From Macrostomum hystrix (lineage: Eukaryota > Animalia > Platyhelminthes): a stretch of DNA of 64,000 nucleotides. This document shows positions 10,593-21,504 of the stretch, piece by piece. The translations under genes were made by a program, and so were the position numbers. A model generated the notes under the pieces. That model did not search any database. It had not been told where the DNA came from and saw only the letters and a program-made list of their open reading frames with translations. How positions within the stretch are numbered: position 1 is the stretch's first letter; every line of letters begins with the position of its first letter. The stretch is from positions 3,162,001 through 3,226,000 of the forward strand of contig CATNEN010000034.1 in the NCBI GenBank assembly GCA_950097015.1, written 5' to 3'.

Positions 10593-11003
10593 TTAGTCGA
10601 AATGGTAGAGCCGCTTGCCGAAGCGAGGTCTGCTCATTGAGTGCAGGTACTGGTTGAGATTGTTGATGTACTCGGCCGCGGCGGCCGGCGTGTCGAAGGT
10701 CTTGCGCTTGCCGAAGCGGGGCCTGCTGACCGAGTGCAGGTACTGGTTGAGGCTCGTGACGTACTTGGCTGCGTCCGCGGGAGATCTGAAGTCGTAGGCG
10801 TAGGCGCCACCACCGGCGCGCTTACCGAATCGCGGCCGGCTAACGGAATGGAAGTACTGGTTCAGGTAGGCCAGGTAGTCGGCAACATCGTCGGCGGAGG
10901 TGAAGTCCTTGGATACCTCCTCGGGAGTCCGCGGCAGTGACTTGGTGTGGCCCAGGGCGAGGGCCGACAGAAGCAGAATTAGCAGGCTGGACAGTGGCGC
11001 CAT
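10593..11003 (-). CDS. NPF: NPY/NPF-like neuropeptide precursor B (136 aa, three NPF-type peptides, intronless)
   Basis: ATG at 11003, signal peptide MAPLSSLLILLLSALALG; three Y-x6-Y-x4-SRPRF-GKR units; short C-terminal LYHFD. Confidence 0.95.
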   Translation of the reverse strand: MAPLSSLLILLLSALALGHTKSLPRTPEEVSKDFTSADDVADYLAYLNQYFHSVSRPRFGKRAGGGAYAYDFRSPADAAKYVTSLNQYLHSVSRPRFGKRKTFDTPAAAAEYINNLNQYLHSMSRPRFGKRLYHFD

Positions 11004-11094
11004 TTTTTCCGTGTTCCCGTCTTCGAATTCGATGCCAGCTCGCAAGCAAGGTCTGAGCAAGGAGGAAAGTCTGGGTTCTGCTGGGATCAGGCCG

Positions 11095-11195
11095 ATTTAT
11101 AGGGAGATCGAGGGAGGGGAAGTCGCTAGAAGTGTGTGGGCGTTAGAACTGCCTCACTACCTGTCTCCATCTGTGTTTCTCAGCTTCTGGATTGG
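11095..11195 (-). promoter_or_regulatory. Putative core promoter of NPF-B (TATA plus CCAAT)
   Basis: TATAAAT (11095-11101) ~92 nt upstream of the ATG; CCAAT (11191-11195). Confidence 0.5.
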
Positions 11196-11309
11196 CTGTG
11201 CTGCTTTCGGTAAATTTTTGTCCTCAACTTCAAGACGAGACTAAATGAAATTTGACTATTGAAATTCTTACTGTGTCATTTTCGGCTTCCTGTGTGACAC
11301 CAGGGTTTA

Positions 11310-11660
11310 TCTTAGTGTCATGTCCATCTAAGTAGTGTCATGCTCATATAATTAGTGTCATGTTCATGCCCTCTTAGTGTCATGTTCATGCCCTCTTAGT
11401 GTCATGTTCATGCCCTCTTAGTGTCATGTTCATCTTGGTGTGATGTCCATCTGAGTATCATGTCCATCGTGGTGCCATGTCCATCTTACTGTCATGTCCA
11501 TCTTACTGTCATGTCCGTCGTGGTGTCATGTCCATCTTACTGTCATGTCCGTCGTGGTGTCATGTCCATCTTAGTGTCATGTCTATCTAAGTAGTGTCTT
11601 GCTCATATAATTAGTGTCATGTTCATGCCCTCTTGGTGTCATGTTCATCTTAGTGTCAAG
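11310..11660. repeat. Imperfect ~17-23-bp repeat (tagtgtcatgtccatct-like)
   Basis: Recurring gtgtcatgt core. Confidence 0.85.
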
Positions 11661-12097
11661 TTCATCTGGATTTCATTAAAATGTGTTTAATTTTTTTACT
11701 TTTATTATTAATAATGCGTCAAGTTTATAAAATTGTGTGACTTGCATGTAAGCTGCGAATCATACAATAACTAGCTAGCTATGCGAACACACATATATAA
11801 ATAGAACAACGAAAAAGTAAGCACTTTTTTATTATAAATTTCTATGCAGTACAAAGAAGCCAAAGAATGAATAACGAAACATAACTATTGAATTTAAAAT
11901 GGCTCAATATCTAAAACGAACTTTTATTAGGCTTCCGTGATTCCTTACATTATTATTAGCCTGTGCGAGTAATGAAATTTAACTGTAAGTTTGGCACGTG
12001 ATTCTTTCTAGCCGAAAATATAGCCCTTGACCCAAACATTTCCCACAAGTCCACCAGTTCCCACCAGTGGGCGCTTGTTAAAAGCACCTTTTAGCAA

Positions 12098-13800
12098 GGA
12101 TTCCTGTTGTGATTCTAGCTACGGTTCCTGTTGTGATTCTAGCTACGGTTCCTGTTGTGATTCTAGCTACGGTTCCTGTTGTGATTTTAGCTACAGTTCC
12201 TGTTGTGATTCTAGCTACAATTCCTGTTGTGATTCTAGCTACGGTTTCTGTTGTGATTCTAGCTACAGTTCCTGTTGTGATTCTAGCTACAATTCCTGTT
12301 GTGATTCTAGCTACGGTTCCTGTTGTGATTCTAGCTACAGTTCCTGTTGTGATTCTAGCTACAGTTCCTGTTGTGATTCTAGCTACAGTTCCTGTTGTGA
12401 TTCTAGCTACAGTTCCTGTTGTGATTCTATAGCTACAGTTCCTGTTGTGATTCTAGCTACAGTTCCTGTTGTGATTCTAGCTACGGTTCCTGTTGTGATT
12501 CTAGCTACAGTTCCTGTTGTGATTCTAGCTACAATTCCTGTTGTGATTCTAGCTACAGTTCCTGTTGTGATTCTAGCTACGGTTCCTGTTGTGATTCTAG
12601 CTACAGTTCCTGTTGTGATTCTAGCTACGGTTCCTGTTGTGATTCTAGCTACGGTTCCTGTTGTGATTCTAGCTACGGTTTCTGTTGTGATTCTAGCTAC
12701 AATTCCTGTTGTGATTCTAGCTACGGTTCCTGTTGTGATTCTAGCTACAGTTCCTGTTGTGATTCTAGCTACAATTCCTGTTGTGATTCTAGCTACGGTT
12801 CCTGTTGTGATTCTAGCTACAGTTCCTGTTGTGATTCTAGCTACAGTTCCTGTTGTGATTCTAGCTACAGTTCCTGTTGTGATTCTAGCTACGGTTCCTG
12901 TTGTGATTCTAGCTACAGTTCCTGTTGTGATTCTAGCTACAGTTCCTGTTGTGATTCTATAGCTACAGTTCCTGTTGTGATTCTAGCTACAGCTCCTGTT
13001 GTGATTCTAGCTACAGTTCCTGTTGTGATTCTAGCTACGGTTCCTGTTGTGATTCTAGCTACGGTTCCTGTTGTGATTTTAGCTACAGTTCCTGTTGTGA
13101 TTCTAGCTACAATTCCTGTTGTGATTCTAGCTACGGTTTCTGTTGTGATTCTAGCTACGGTTCCTGTTGTGATTCTAGCTACAGTTCCTGTTGTGATTCT
13201 AGCTACAGTTCCTGTTGTGATTCTAGCTACAGTTCCTGTTGTGATTCTAGCTACAGTTCCTGTTGTGATTCTAGCTACAGTTCCTGTTGTGATTCTATAG
13301 CTACAGTTCCTGTTGTGATTCTAGCTACAGTTCCTGTTGTGATTCTAGCTACGGTTCCTGTTGTGATTCTAGCTACAGTTCCTGTTGTGATTCTAGCTAC
13401 GGTTCCTGTTGTGATTCTAGCTACGGTTCCTGTTGTGATTCTAGCTACGGTTTCTGTTGTGATTCTAGCTACAATTCCTGTTGTGATTCTAGCTACGGTT
13501 CCTGTTGTGATTCTAGCTACAGTTCCTGTTGTGATTCTAGCTACGGTTCCTGTTGTGATTCTAGCTACGGTTCCTGTTGTGATTCTAGCTACGGTTTCTG
13601 TTGTGATTCTAGCTACAATTCCTGTTGTGATTCTAGCTACGGTTCCTGTTGTGATTCTAGCTACAGTTCCTGTTGTGATTCTAGCTACAATTCCTGTTGT
13701 GATTCTAGCTACAGTTCCTGTTGTGATTCTAGCTACGGTTCCTGTTGTGATTCTAGCTACGGTTCCTGTTGTGATTCTAGCTACAGTTCCTGTTGTGATT
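12098..13800. repeat. 24-bp minisatellite (gttcctgttgtgattctagctaca), ~70 copies
   Basis: Direct periodicity; produces the VPVVILAT pseudo-ORFs. Confidence 0.97.
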
Positions 13801-14232
13801 GACGATTTAAGCATCAAAAGCTGCGGCAGTGGGCGGCACCCACGAATACAGGCCGTCTGCTTCGCTTATACTGTGCAATTCTATGGATTCTCAATTCGCT
13901 GCTTAAATTAGAAGGGCATTGAAAAGTTAGAGCGAAACAGAGCAGCTAGATGGAAATTCAGGCGCTGATTTTCTACCTGAATGAGTTCCATTTCTTTGTA
14001 CTTTGCAGCCTGTTGCTTGACAGAATGAAAAATAGTAAACAGAGATGCGTCAGGACAAGAAGTGCCATTCAAAATTTACTTCGGCTCTTTCTGCTCGAAC
14101 TGAATCGGAGTCCAACAAAAGGCTGAGTGCTTGTGTTTATAGAATTACCGCTGCAATATTAGGTGATGCGTCATTTATTTCTCAATAAATGCGCGCCGAT
14201 TTGAATCAAGAAATACTTGCAGGCTTGTCTCA

Positions 14233-15508
14233 CTGAGGCAGTGGGAGCAGCAGAGGCTGTGGGAGCAGCAGAGGCAGTGGGAGTAGCAGCAGAGGCAGTG
14301 GGAGCAGCAGAGGCTGTGGGAGCAGCAGAGGCAGTGGGAGCAGCGGAGGCAGTGGGAGCAGCGGAGGCAGTGGGAGCAGCGGAGGCAGTGGGAGCAGCAG
14401 AGGCAGTGGGAGTAGCAGCAGAGGCAGTGGGAGCAGCAGAGGCAGTGGGAGTAGCAGCAGAGGCAGTGGGAGTAGCAGCAGAGGCAGTGGGAGCAGCAGA
14501 GGCTGTGGGAGCAGCAGAGGCTGTGGGAGTAGCGGAGGCAGTGGGAGGAGCAGCAGAGGCTGTGGGAGCAGCAGAGGCAGTGGGAGTAGCAGCAGAGGCA
14601 GTGGGAGCAGCAGAGGCAGTGGGAGTAGCAGCAGAGGCTGTGGGAGCAGCAGAGGCAGTGGGAGTAGCAGCAGAGGCAGTGGGAGCAGCAGAGGCAGTGG
14701 GAGTAGCAGCAGAGGCTGTGGGAGCAGCAGAGGCAGTGGGAGTAGCAGCAGAGGCAGTGGGAGCAGCAGAGGCAGTGGGAGTAGCAGCAGAGGCTGTGGG
14801 AGCAGCAGAGGCAGTGGGAGTAGCAGCAGAGGCAGTGGGAGCAGCAGAGGCAGTGGGAGCAGCAGAGGCTGTGGGAGCAGCAGAGGCAGTGGGAGCAGCA
14901 GAGGCAGTGGGAGTAGCGGAGGCAGTGGGAGTAGCAGCAGAGGCAGTGGGAGCAGCAGAGGCTGTGGGAGCAGCAGAGGCAGTGGGAGTAGCGGAGGCAG
15001 TGGGAGTAGCAGCAGAGGCAGTGGGAGCAGCAGAGGCTGTGGGAGCAGCAGAGGCAGTGGGAGCAGCAGAGGCAGTGGGAGTAGCAGCAGAGGCAGTGGG
15101 AGCAGCAGAGGCAGTGGGAGCGGCAGAGGCAGTGGGAGCAGCAGAGGCAGTGGGAGTAGCGGAGGCAGTGGGAGTAGCAGCAGAGGCAGTGGGAGCAGCA
15201 GAGGCTGTGGGAGCAGCAGAGGCAGTGGGAGTAGCGGAGGCAGTGGGAGTAGCAGCAGAGGCAGTGGGAGCAGCAGAGGCTGTGGGAGCAGCAGAGGCAG
15301 TGGGAGCAGCAGAGGCAGTGGGAGTAGCAGCAGAGGCAGTGGGAGCAGCAGAGGCAGTGGGAGCGGCAGAGGCAGTGGGAGCAGCAGAGGCAGTGGGAGC
15401 AGCAGAGGCAGTGGGAGCAGCAGAGGCAGTGGGAGCAGCGGAGGCAGTGGGAGTAGCAGCAGAGGCAGTGGGAGCAGTAGAGGCAGTGGGAGCAGCGGAG
15501 GCAGTGGA
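14233..15508. repeat. 18/21-bp composite minisatellite (gcagaggcagtgggagca / gcagaggcagtgggagtagca)
   Basis: Direct periodicity; stop-free in several frames on both strands. Confidence 0.95.
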
Positions 15509-16560
15509 GCAAATGACTGCTGTAAGCGTCGGACATCGCATTGGTATCTCGGAACATCCACACAAATCGCCGATTGCGGGGCCCTGGACACAGAGTGCCA
15601 CATTCTCTACGAGCGCCACCGAGAGGTGACTTTTTCAGGGCCCGGTTCGACTTCGATCACCCGGAAGAGGTGAAGCAACTTCTGAGGTCGTCATTTGGGG
15701 TATGACAGAAGAAGAAGCGGATAAAGTGATTCCGCCAGAAGAGACAAAGTTTTAGTCGTTAAGCCGGATTTTTGCAGGTGATAGGTTTTTGGATGGCATC
15801 CCCAGAAGGGAAAAAACTCTAAAAAAAGAGCTGCAATTCTGAAGGGGCCTGAAAGCACGCGCTTGGCCAGGGACACCGTCAAGAAAACGACGTGTCAGTT
15901 TGACCCGCGAGGCAATGAGCGGGCAGCGTCGTAGTAGGAGCCCCGAGGTACCGTGTCTTCGCTCCGAGTGACGAAGCTAACTAGAAGCTCCCCAAAGCCT
16001 CGGGCGCCAATCAGCAAGTTTGCTACTCGATTCGTGACGAAACTGTTTTGAAAATTCTAGCAAATAATTTTCCATATTTAGAAACTCGTTGGAGGAACTA
16101 AACAACGGTCTCGCATGAATTTGCGACAACTCAATCAACATGAATTGCATTGAACTGAGTTCCCTTTTTGACAAAAAGTTGAAGCTGACAAGTTTGAGCG
16201 CAATTTACGCTCGTAATCGCTGCTTTTAGAAGGCTTGGAAGTTCCCTAAAAATGTCTTTGAAGTGCACTCGTCAATAGCATTTTTCTGTTAATTTCCGCA
16301 AGCTTTTTTATCAGTAGGATTATGAGAAGGACCGTTTATTCAAAGATCAATGTGAAAAAACCACGGACAAGTTAAAAATTAACTACGACCTGCTTTGTCA
16401 AGGAAAAGCACGCGTTAAGAAAAAAACAAATTCACAGTAAGTAATTTGCAGCGAAATGCACTGATTCACAGGCGGACTCATTTTTAATGCAGTTTCATTG
16501 CGAAAAAGTTTTTTGGCTGTATCTGCGCCATCGGATGGCACACAAAGAACAAAGTTTCGG

Positions 16561-17396
16561 CTACTCATCGAACCTCAACGAGAAGTCGAACGGTGCGAAG
16601 GCTTTCTTGAATGCCTCTGCCGCGGCTGCCTCGTCCGCCTCCGAGTTCAGGCACTCGCGCCAGTCGACCCGTTCTGGCAGGTCGTAGACTCGACGCGAGG
16701 CCAGCACGTCGCGACCGAAGCTCAGCGGAAAGGTGTCGAATTGTTCGCGCGGAATGGGGCAGAACAGCCGCTCGCCTGTTGGCAGGTCGGCGCAGAAATA
16801 GGCGGCCCCTGGAGGCACGAGGTCGGCCAGATCCACACCAGGATGCAGCTCGCGCAGCTGCAGCCTAGGCTCGTGCTTGTCGGCCACGTCAATGAATGCA
16901 GCCTTCAGGCCTGGCAGGGTGTTCACAGGCACTGGGATACAGTGCAGCTGGGCGTGATAGCATTTGAAGTTGCGCTCGATGTACACAGGGGCCAGGCCGG
17001 ACTCGGCGTACAGCTGCGCCAGGCAGCGCTTGTAGCGAGCGAACTCGGACAGAACCTCGGCCGGACAGTCGGACAGGCATTTGTGATGCCCGATGGGCAG
17101 GGCAATCACGTGCTGGGGCACTAGGGGACCGCGAGCCAACGCCAAGTATGTCGCCTTGGCAACCGACACCACAAGGTGGCGTTGAACGTCCGGATTGCCG
17201 AGGCAGAACCAGCAAGCCGACTGCGGCCGCCGCTTCGCCTCGCCGCCGGCGCCTCCGTCGTCGCCTCTTTCGTTTCGGCCAGGTCCGCCGCTGCCGCCTC
17301 CTCTGCCGCGTCCACCGCGGTCGGGCCAGGAGCGCTTCTGACCCTGACGCGGCTTGCCAGTTGACTCGGCGAAGAAGAAGCTACGGGGACCGGTGT
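16561..17396 (-). CDS. CWF19L1: CWF19-like protein 1, exon 3 (CwfJ C-terminal domains)
   Basis: CWFCLGNPDVQRHLVVSV...RGPLVPQHVIALPIGH...ERNFKCYHAQLHCIPVP...AFKKAFAPFDFSL; acceptor tctgttctctccccag|17396 (phase 1). Confidence 0.93.
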
Positions 17397-17459
17397 CTGG
17401 GGAGAGAACAGATAGCTGCTTTAGCTTCTTCTGCAAGCAATACATTCAACTCAGCTAAC

Positions 17460-18420
17460 ACTTCAGTTCCTCAGCTGACTCTTCAGTTTCTCAGCTGACT
17501 CTTCAGTTTCTCAGCTGACCCATCCTGTTCCTATTGACCCTCAGCTGACCCCTCAGCTTCTCAGCTGACCCCTCAGCTTCTCAGCTGACCCCTCAGCTTC
17601 TCAGCTGACCCCTCAGCTTCTCAGCTGACCCCTCAGCTTCTCAGCTGACCCCTCAGCTTCTCAGCTGACCCCTCAGCTTCTCAGCTGACCCCTCAGCTTC
17701 TCAGCTGACCCCTCAGCTTCTCAGCTGACCCCTCAGCTTCTCAGCTGACCCCTCAGCTTCTCAGCTGACCCCTCAGCTTCTCAGCTGACCCCTCAGCTTC
17801 TCAGCTGACCCCTCAGCTTCTCAGCTGACCCCTCAGCTTCTCAGCTGACCCCTCAGCTTCTCAGCTGACCCCTCAGCTTCTCAGCTGACCCCTCAGCTTC
17901 TCAGCTGACCCCTCAGCTTCTCAGCTGACCCCTCAGCTTCTCAGCTGACCCCTCAGCTTCTCAGCTGACCCCTCAGCTTCTCAGCTGACCCCTCAGCTTC
18001 TCAGCTGACCCCTCAGCTTCTCAGCTGACCCCTCAGCTTCTCAGCTGACCCCTCAGCTTCTCAGCTGACCCCTCAGCTTCTCAGCTGACCCCTCAGCTTC
18101 TCAGCTGACCCCTCAGCTTCTCAGCTGACCCCTCAGCTTCTCAGCTGACCCCTCAGCTTCTCAGCTGACCCCTCAGCTTCTCAGCTGACCCCTCAGCTTC
18201 TCAGCTGACCCCTCAGCTTCTCAGCTGACCCCTCAGCTTCTCAGCTGACCCCTCAGCTTCTCAGCTGACCCCTCAGCTTCTCAGCTGACCCCTCAGCTTC
18301 TCAGCTGACCCCTCAGCTTCTCAGCTGACCCCTCAGCTTCTCAGCTGACCCCTCAGCTTCTCAGCTGACCCCTCAGCTTCTCAGCTGACCCCTCAGCTTC
18401 TCAGCTGACCCCTAAGCTCC
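17460..18420. repeat. 20-bp minisatellite (cctcagcttctcagctgacc), ~43 identical core copies, CWF19L1 intron 2
   Basis: Lines 17581-18360 are identical 60-mers. Confidence 0.98.
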
Positions 18421-18682
18421 CTCAGTTCCTTATATGACAACCCAGTTTCTCAGCTAATGCATCAGTCCATTAAATGACGGCTTTAGCCTCATGATTTACT
18501 GTTAGTAGAAACAAAGTGAGAAGCGAATATTTTATAAAAAACTTGAATCGAAGCAGAGCCACATTTCTTCAAGCTAATCCTGAATTCCTGAGACCAAATA
18601 GAAAAATCACTAAATTGACAGCCTAGTTCTAAACACACCGGTGGTTCTCGCTTGAACGATAACCGCCCAATGGGGCACTCAC

Positions 18683-19198
18683 CGGCAGCGCACAGGTCCG
18701 CAATGTCTGTCGGATAGGGACAGTCGGTGACGCCGGAGCCGCTGGGCGTCTGTCGCAGCAGTTCGCCGCGATCCATCTTAATCAGTGGGGTCAGCTGCAG
18801 CGCGTACAGGCAGCGCCGGCCGCTGGCAATGCCAGCCAGCGAGTGGAATCTAGTTGAGTGCCGCTCCCGCTCGGATCCGACCCGATGATTGCGATAGGGC
18901 CGACGCTCAAAGTCGAGGCCGCCGTCGGCTCCGAAGCCGCAGGCGCTGACGTGATAGCGCGGCCGCAGTTTAACGGCCAGCTTAGCCACAGCGGGCTGAG
19001 CGAACCGTTTGGCTGCGGCTTCAACGGCCTGGCACTCGTCAAGCGGCAGCCAGTCTTCGCAGCCGTTGACCACACCAGGTGGCCAGGCGCAGGTGAGCAG
19101 CAGATCAACGCCGGGGAATTCGTCCGCATCTGCTTGGCTAGCTAGCCAGGCCAGGTCTGTGTCGCTGAACTGACCGTTGCCCTCTCCGCGACTCGTGC
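18683..19198 (-). CDS. CWF19L1: CWF19-like protein 1, exon 2 (metallophosphatase-like region)
   Basis: FPGVDLLLTCAWP...KLRPRYH...FERRPYRNH...HSTRFHSLA; acceptor gctgtcag|19198, donor 18683|gtgagt, both phase 1. Confidence 0.92.
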
Positions 19199-19214
19199 CT
19201 GACAGCGGGGAGCC

Positions 19215-19415
19215 GTACGGCCTTAGTTCAGTTGTCCAGTCCGTGGACTGGGGAGGGCCTCAAACCTACCCAAACTGATGCTGGTACCAATTTTACAGTT
19301 GGGTGTGCAGAAGCATTAGGAAATTAAGCTTTTCTTGCTTAAGAGCAGAAATCGCTTTAATTGGGCTCAGATTCGAACTTCTGACTAATTTGAAGTTCTA
19401 ACCACTAGGATACAA
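19215..19415 (-). mobile_element. SINE family B (tRNA head, CORE-like body), CWF19L1 intron 1
   Basis: GTTCGAATC B-box on - strand; ctgatgctggtacc...ttacagttgggt motif shared with 32160-32390 and 54545-54665. Confidence 0.6.
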
Positions 19416-19559
19416 AAATGCTCCCTAAAGCCCTAAAGACGGCCCCTGAAGCGTAGAATTCTATGAGCTATTCAATTTGGGGAACTGATTGACTGGGATC
19501 AGTAACTGAGAAGAGTAAGATCCCAAAGAAGCAAAGTAAATTGTTAAGAGTTCCTATCG

Positions 19560-19899
19560 CAGGCTGTCTACGGGCTGCGTTTGCCTCGCGCACCAAGGTC
19601 CCTGAGCTCGATTCCTCGGCGAGGGTTCATTCATTTGGGGCGCAGCCGCGGAGAGAAGGCTTGGTGGCTTGTCGTTCGATTTACGCCCTTAAGGGTGAAC
19701 CAACAAGGAACCGCGAGAGTTTACACTGCCTGACAATGAGAAAGTCAGGTCAAATGTACACACCTGAGTGAGTGAGCGTGTGTGCTCAGGAGTCAGCGAA
19801 ATGGGCAGAATTGCCTCCGCTGGCTGCGGGTCTGGTGTCACCAAATAATGTACCAGTGCACATTAGCCCTCCTGCAATTATTATTTATTATTATTATTA
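19560..19899 (+). mobile_element. SINE family A, near full length with (ATT)n tail
   Basis: gcaccaaggtccctgagctcgattcc...gtgtgtgctcaggagtcagcgaaatgggcagaattgcctcc...attattatt. Confidence 0.8.
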
Positions 19900-19995
19900 G
19901 AAAGACAAAGACAGTGTCGTTCGACGTTGTGAAATTTCGGGTTTGAAAAACGCCCCCCCTCTCGGCGAGAACTCTAAAAGCCATCAGGCACTAAC

Positions 19996-20371
19996 CAGCC
20001 AGATAGGCCACCTTCAGTCCAGTCTGGCCGGTGAAGACGCCTCGCCTGCCCAAGTAGACAAGATTCGGTCCAATCTCGCAGCCGCCTGGATCTGACACTA
20101 GCGAGGCTGAGACAGCCCAGTCTGGCAGGGGTGACACCACATAGGTTGGTATAGGGGCTTTGGTGGCGCCGCTAGCATAGCGCTGAATCGAACCAGCTCC
20201 GGGTCCGGCTTCTTCGCCGAAGAAGTCGCCAATGCAGAATAGCATGCCGAATTGTTGGCCAGATTTCTTTTGGGCTCGCAGGCAACGCTTATAAAGATTG
20301 TCTAATTGGCCGCCGACACTGCCGCTCATGAGCAGCTTCACTAGCAAAGCTTGTTCACCTGCCTGAGTCAT
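19996..20371 (-). CDS. CWF19L1: CWF19-like protein 1, exon 1
   Basis: KLLMSGSVGGQLDNLYKR...QKKSG..F..LFCIGDFFG...KAPIPTYV...GCEIGPNLVYLGRRGVFTG..GLKVAYLAG; donor 19996|gttagt; joined CDS is 1728 nt = 575 aa. Confidence 0.93.
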
Positions 20372-21504
20372 ACCTTCCGCTTGAGTAGTTTAGTGCTCAG
20401 TTAATATTTAGCTAAGCAGTTTCTGAAGTTTGGTATCATATTTAAGCCTTTATTATTGCTTTTTTATCACTAAGCATCCGTATGATATGTTGCAGTGCAG
20501 TTGCAGTATGCAAATATGCTAGTATTGATCATCAATAGCAATGAGGCCAATGTTAAAGTTTTAATGTTAATATTAAAAATAGTTAATAGTTAGCAGCACT
20601 ACTATTTTAATTTTAAACTGACTTTTTGGTCATTTCTATACTAAAAAATTAAAAATGGTGAACTTATTTTTGTTGTTCATGCTATTTTATACCTTAATCA
20701 ATGCTTAAAGCAAAAACATACATGCTAAAGATTGACTTGTACATGTATGTGTGTTTTGTTCCGACTGCATGCTTCAAGCTTTCCTATGCTTTTAATATTT
20801 GTCAATAGCCAATTCATTAGCCTTTTTTAGCCTTGAAGTTCATAGTCAACTTAATTCAACTCAATTACAGATAGACCAATTGTGTCAGCAAGCTGTTGAC
20901 CACCAAAGCAGGAAGCTAGAAAAAGTATATTTGTTACTGCTGTCAAAAGTCAATGGTTATTTCTGAGCATGGAATAAGTGCCTTGTGCCAGCATGCTGAT
21001 CATGCCAAACACAAAATCAGCAATGAACCATCTTTAAACAATCTAATTTTGAGCCTAACAGAGCCAAAAAACAATAACATCCTTTTTTATCTAAATATGG
21101 ATCTGACAAAGACAGAGATACAACCAAACAACAATTGTCTCCAATTTTGAACATAGATTGCAATAAAATTTCTCAAGCTCAGCTAGGCTATGCCTACACC
21201 ATTAGCAGCCTTGTTCACAGAAATGCAAATAGTGCAGTCAAATGATTCACAAACAACCTCACTAAGACAAGCTTTTGGATTATAAACTGGAGAACCTCTT
21301 CACATGTAATGGAATATAAGTGCCTATAGACCAACCCTTTGCTATGTGTAGCATTGCCATTGTACATTTGGCACTCCCCTTCTCTGTATGTCTGTTGTTG
21401 TGGGTGTGCTGTGCAAGGGTTAGTGTTGCATTAGAGTGAGAGAATTTATTTTTCACCATGTAGCCACAGGGCAAATACTTGTGAATACTGCTGCATATTT
21501 TTAT

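Noticed and set aside
12027-13911. Long hydrophobic VPVVILAT and Cys/Ser ORFs
   Set aside because: By-products of a stop-poor 24-bp array, with frameshifts at 2-bp insertions and no unique flanking domains.
14171-15629. Mucin-like or antifreeze-like PTASAA / AEAVGA ORFs (457-482 aa)
   Set aside because: Four frames on both strands are open only because the repeat lacks stop codons; no signal peptide or splice support.
15691-15882. 63-aa hydrophobic ORF
   Set aside because: No recognisable family, non-ATG start and an in-frame stop shortly upstream.
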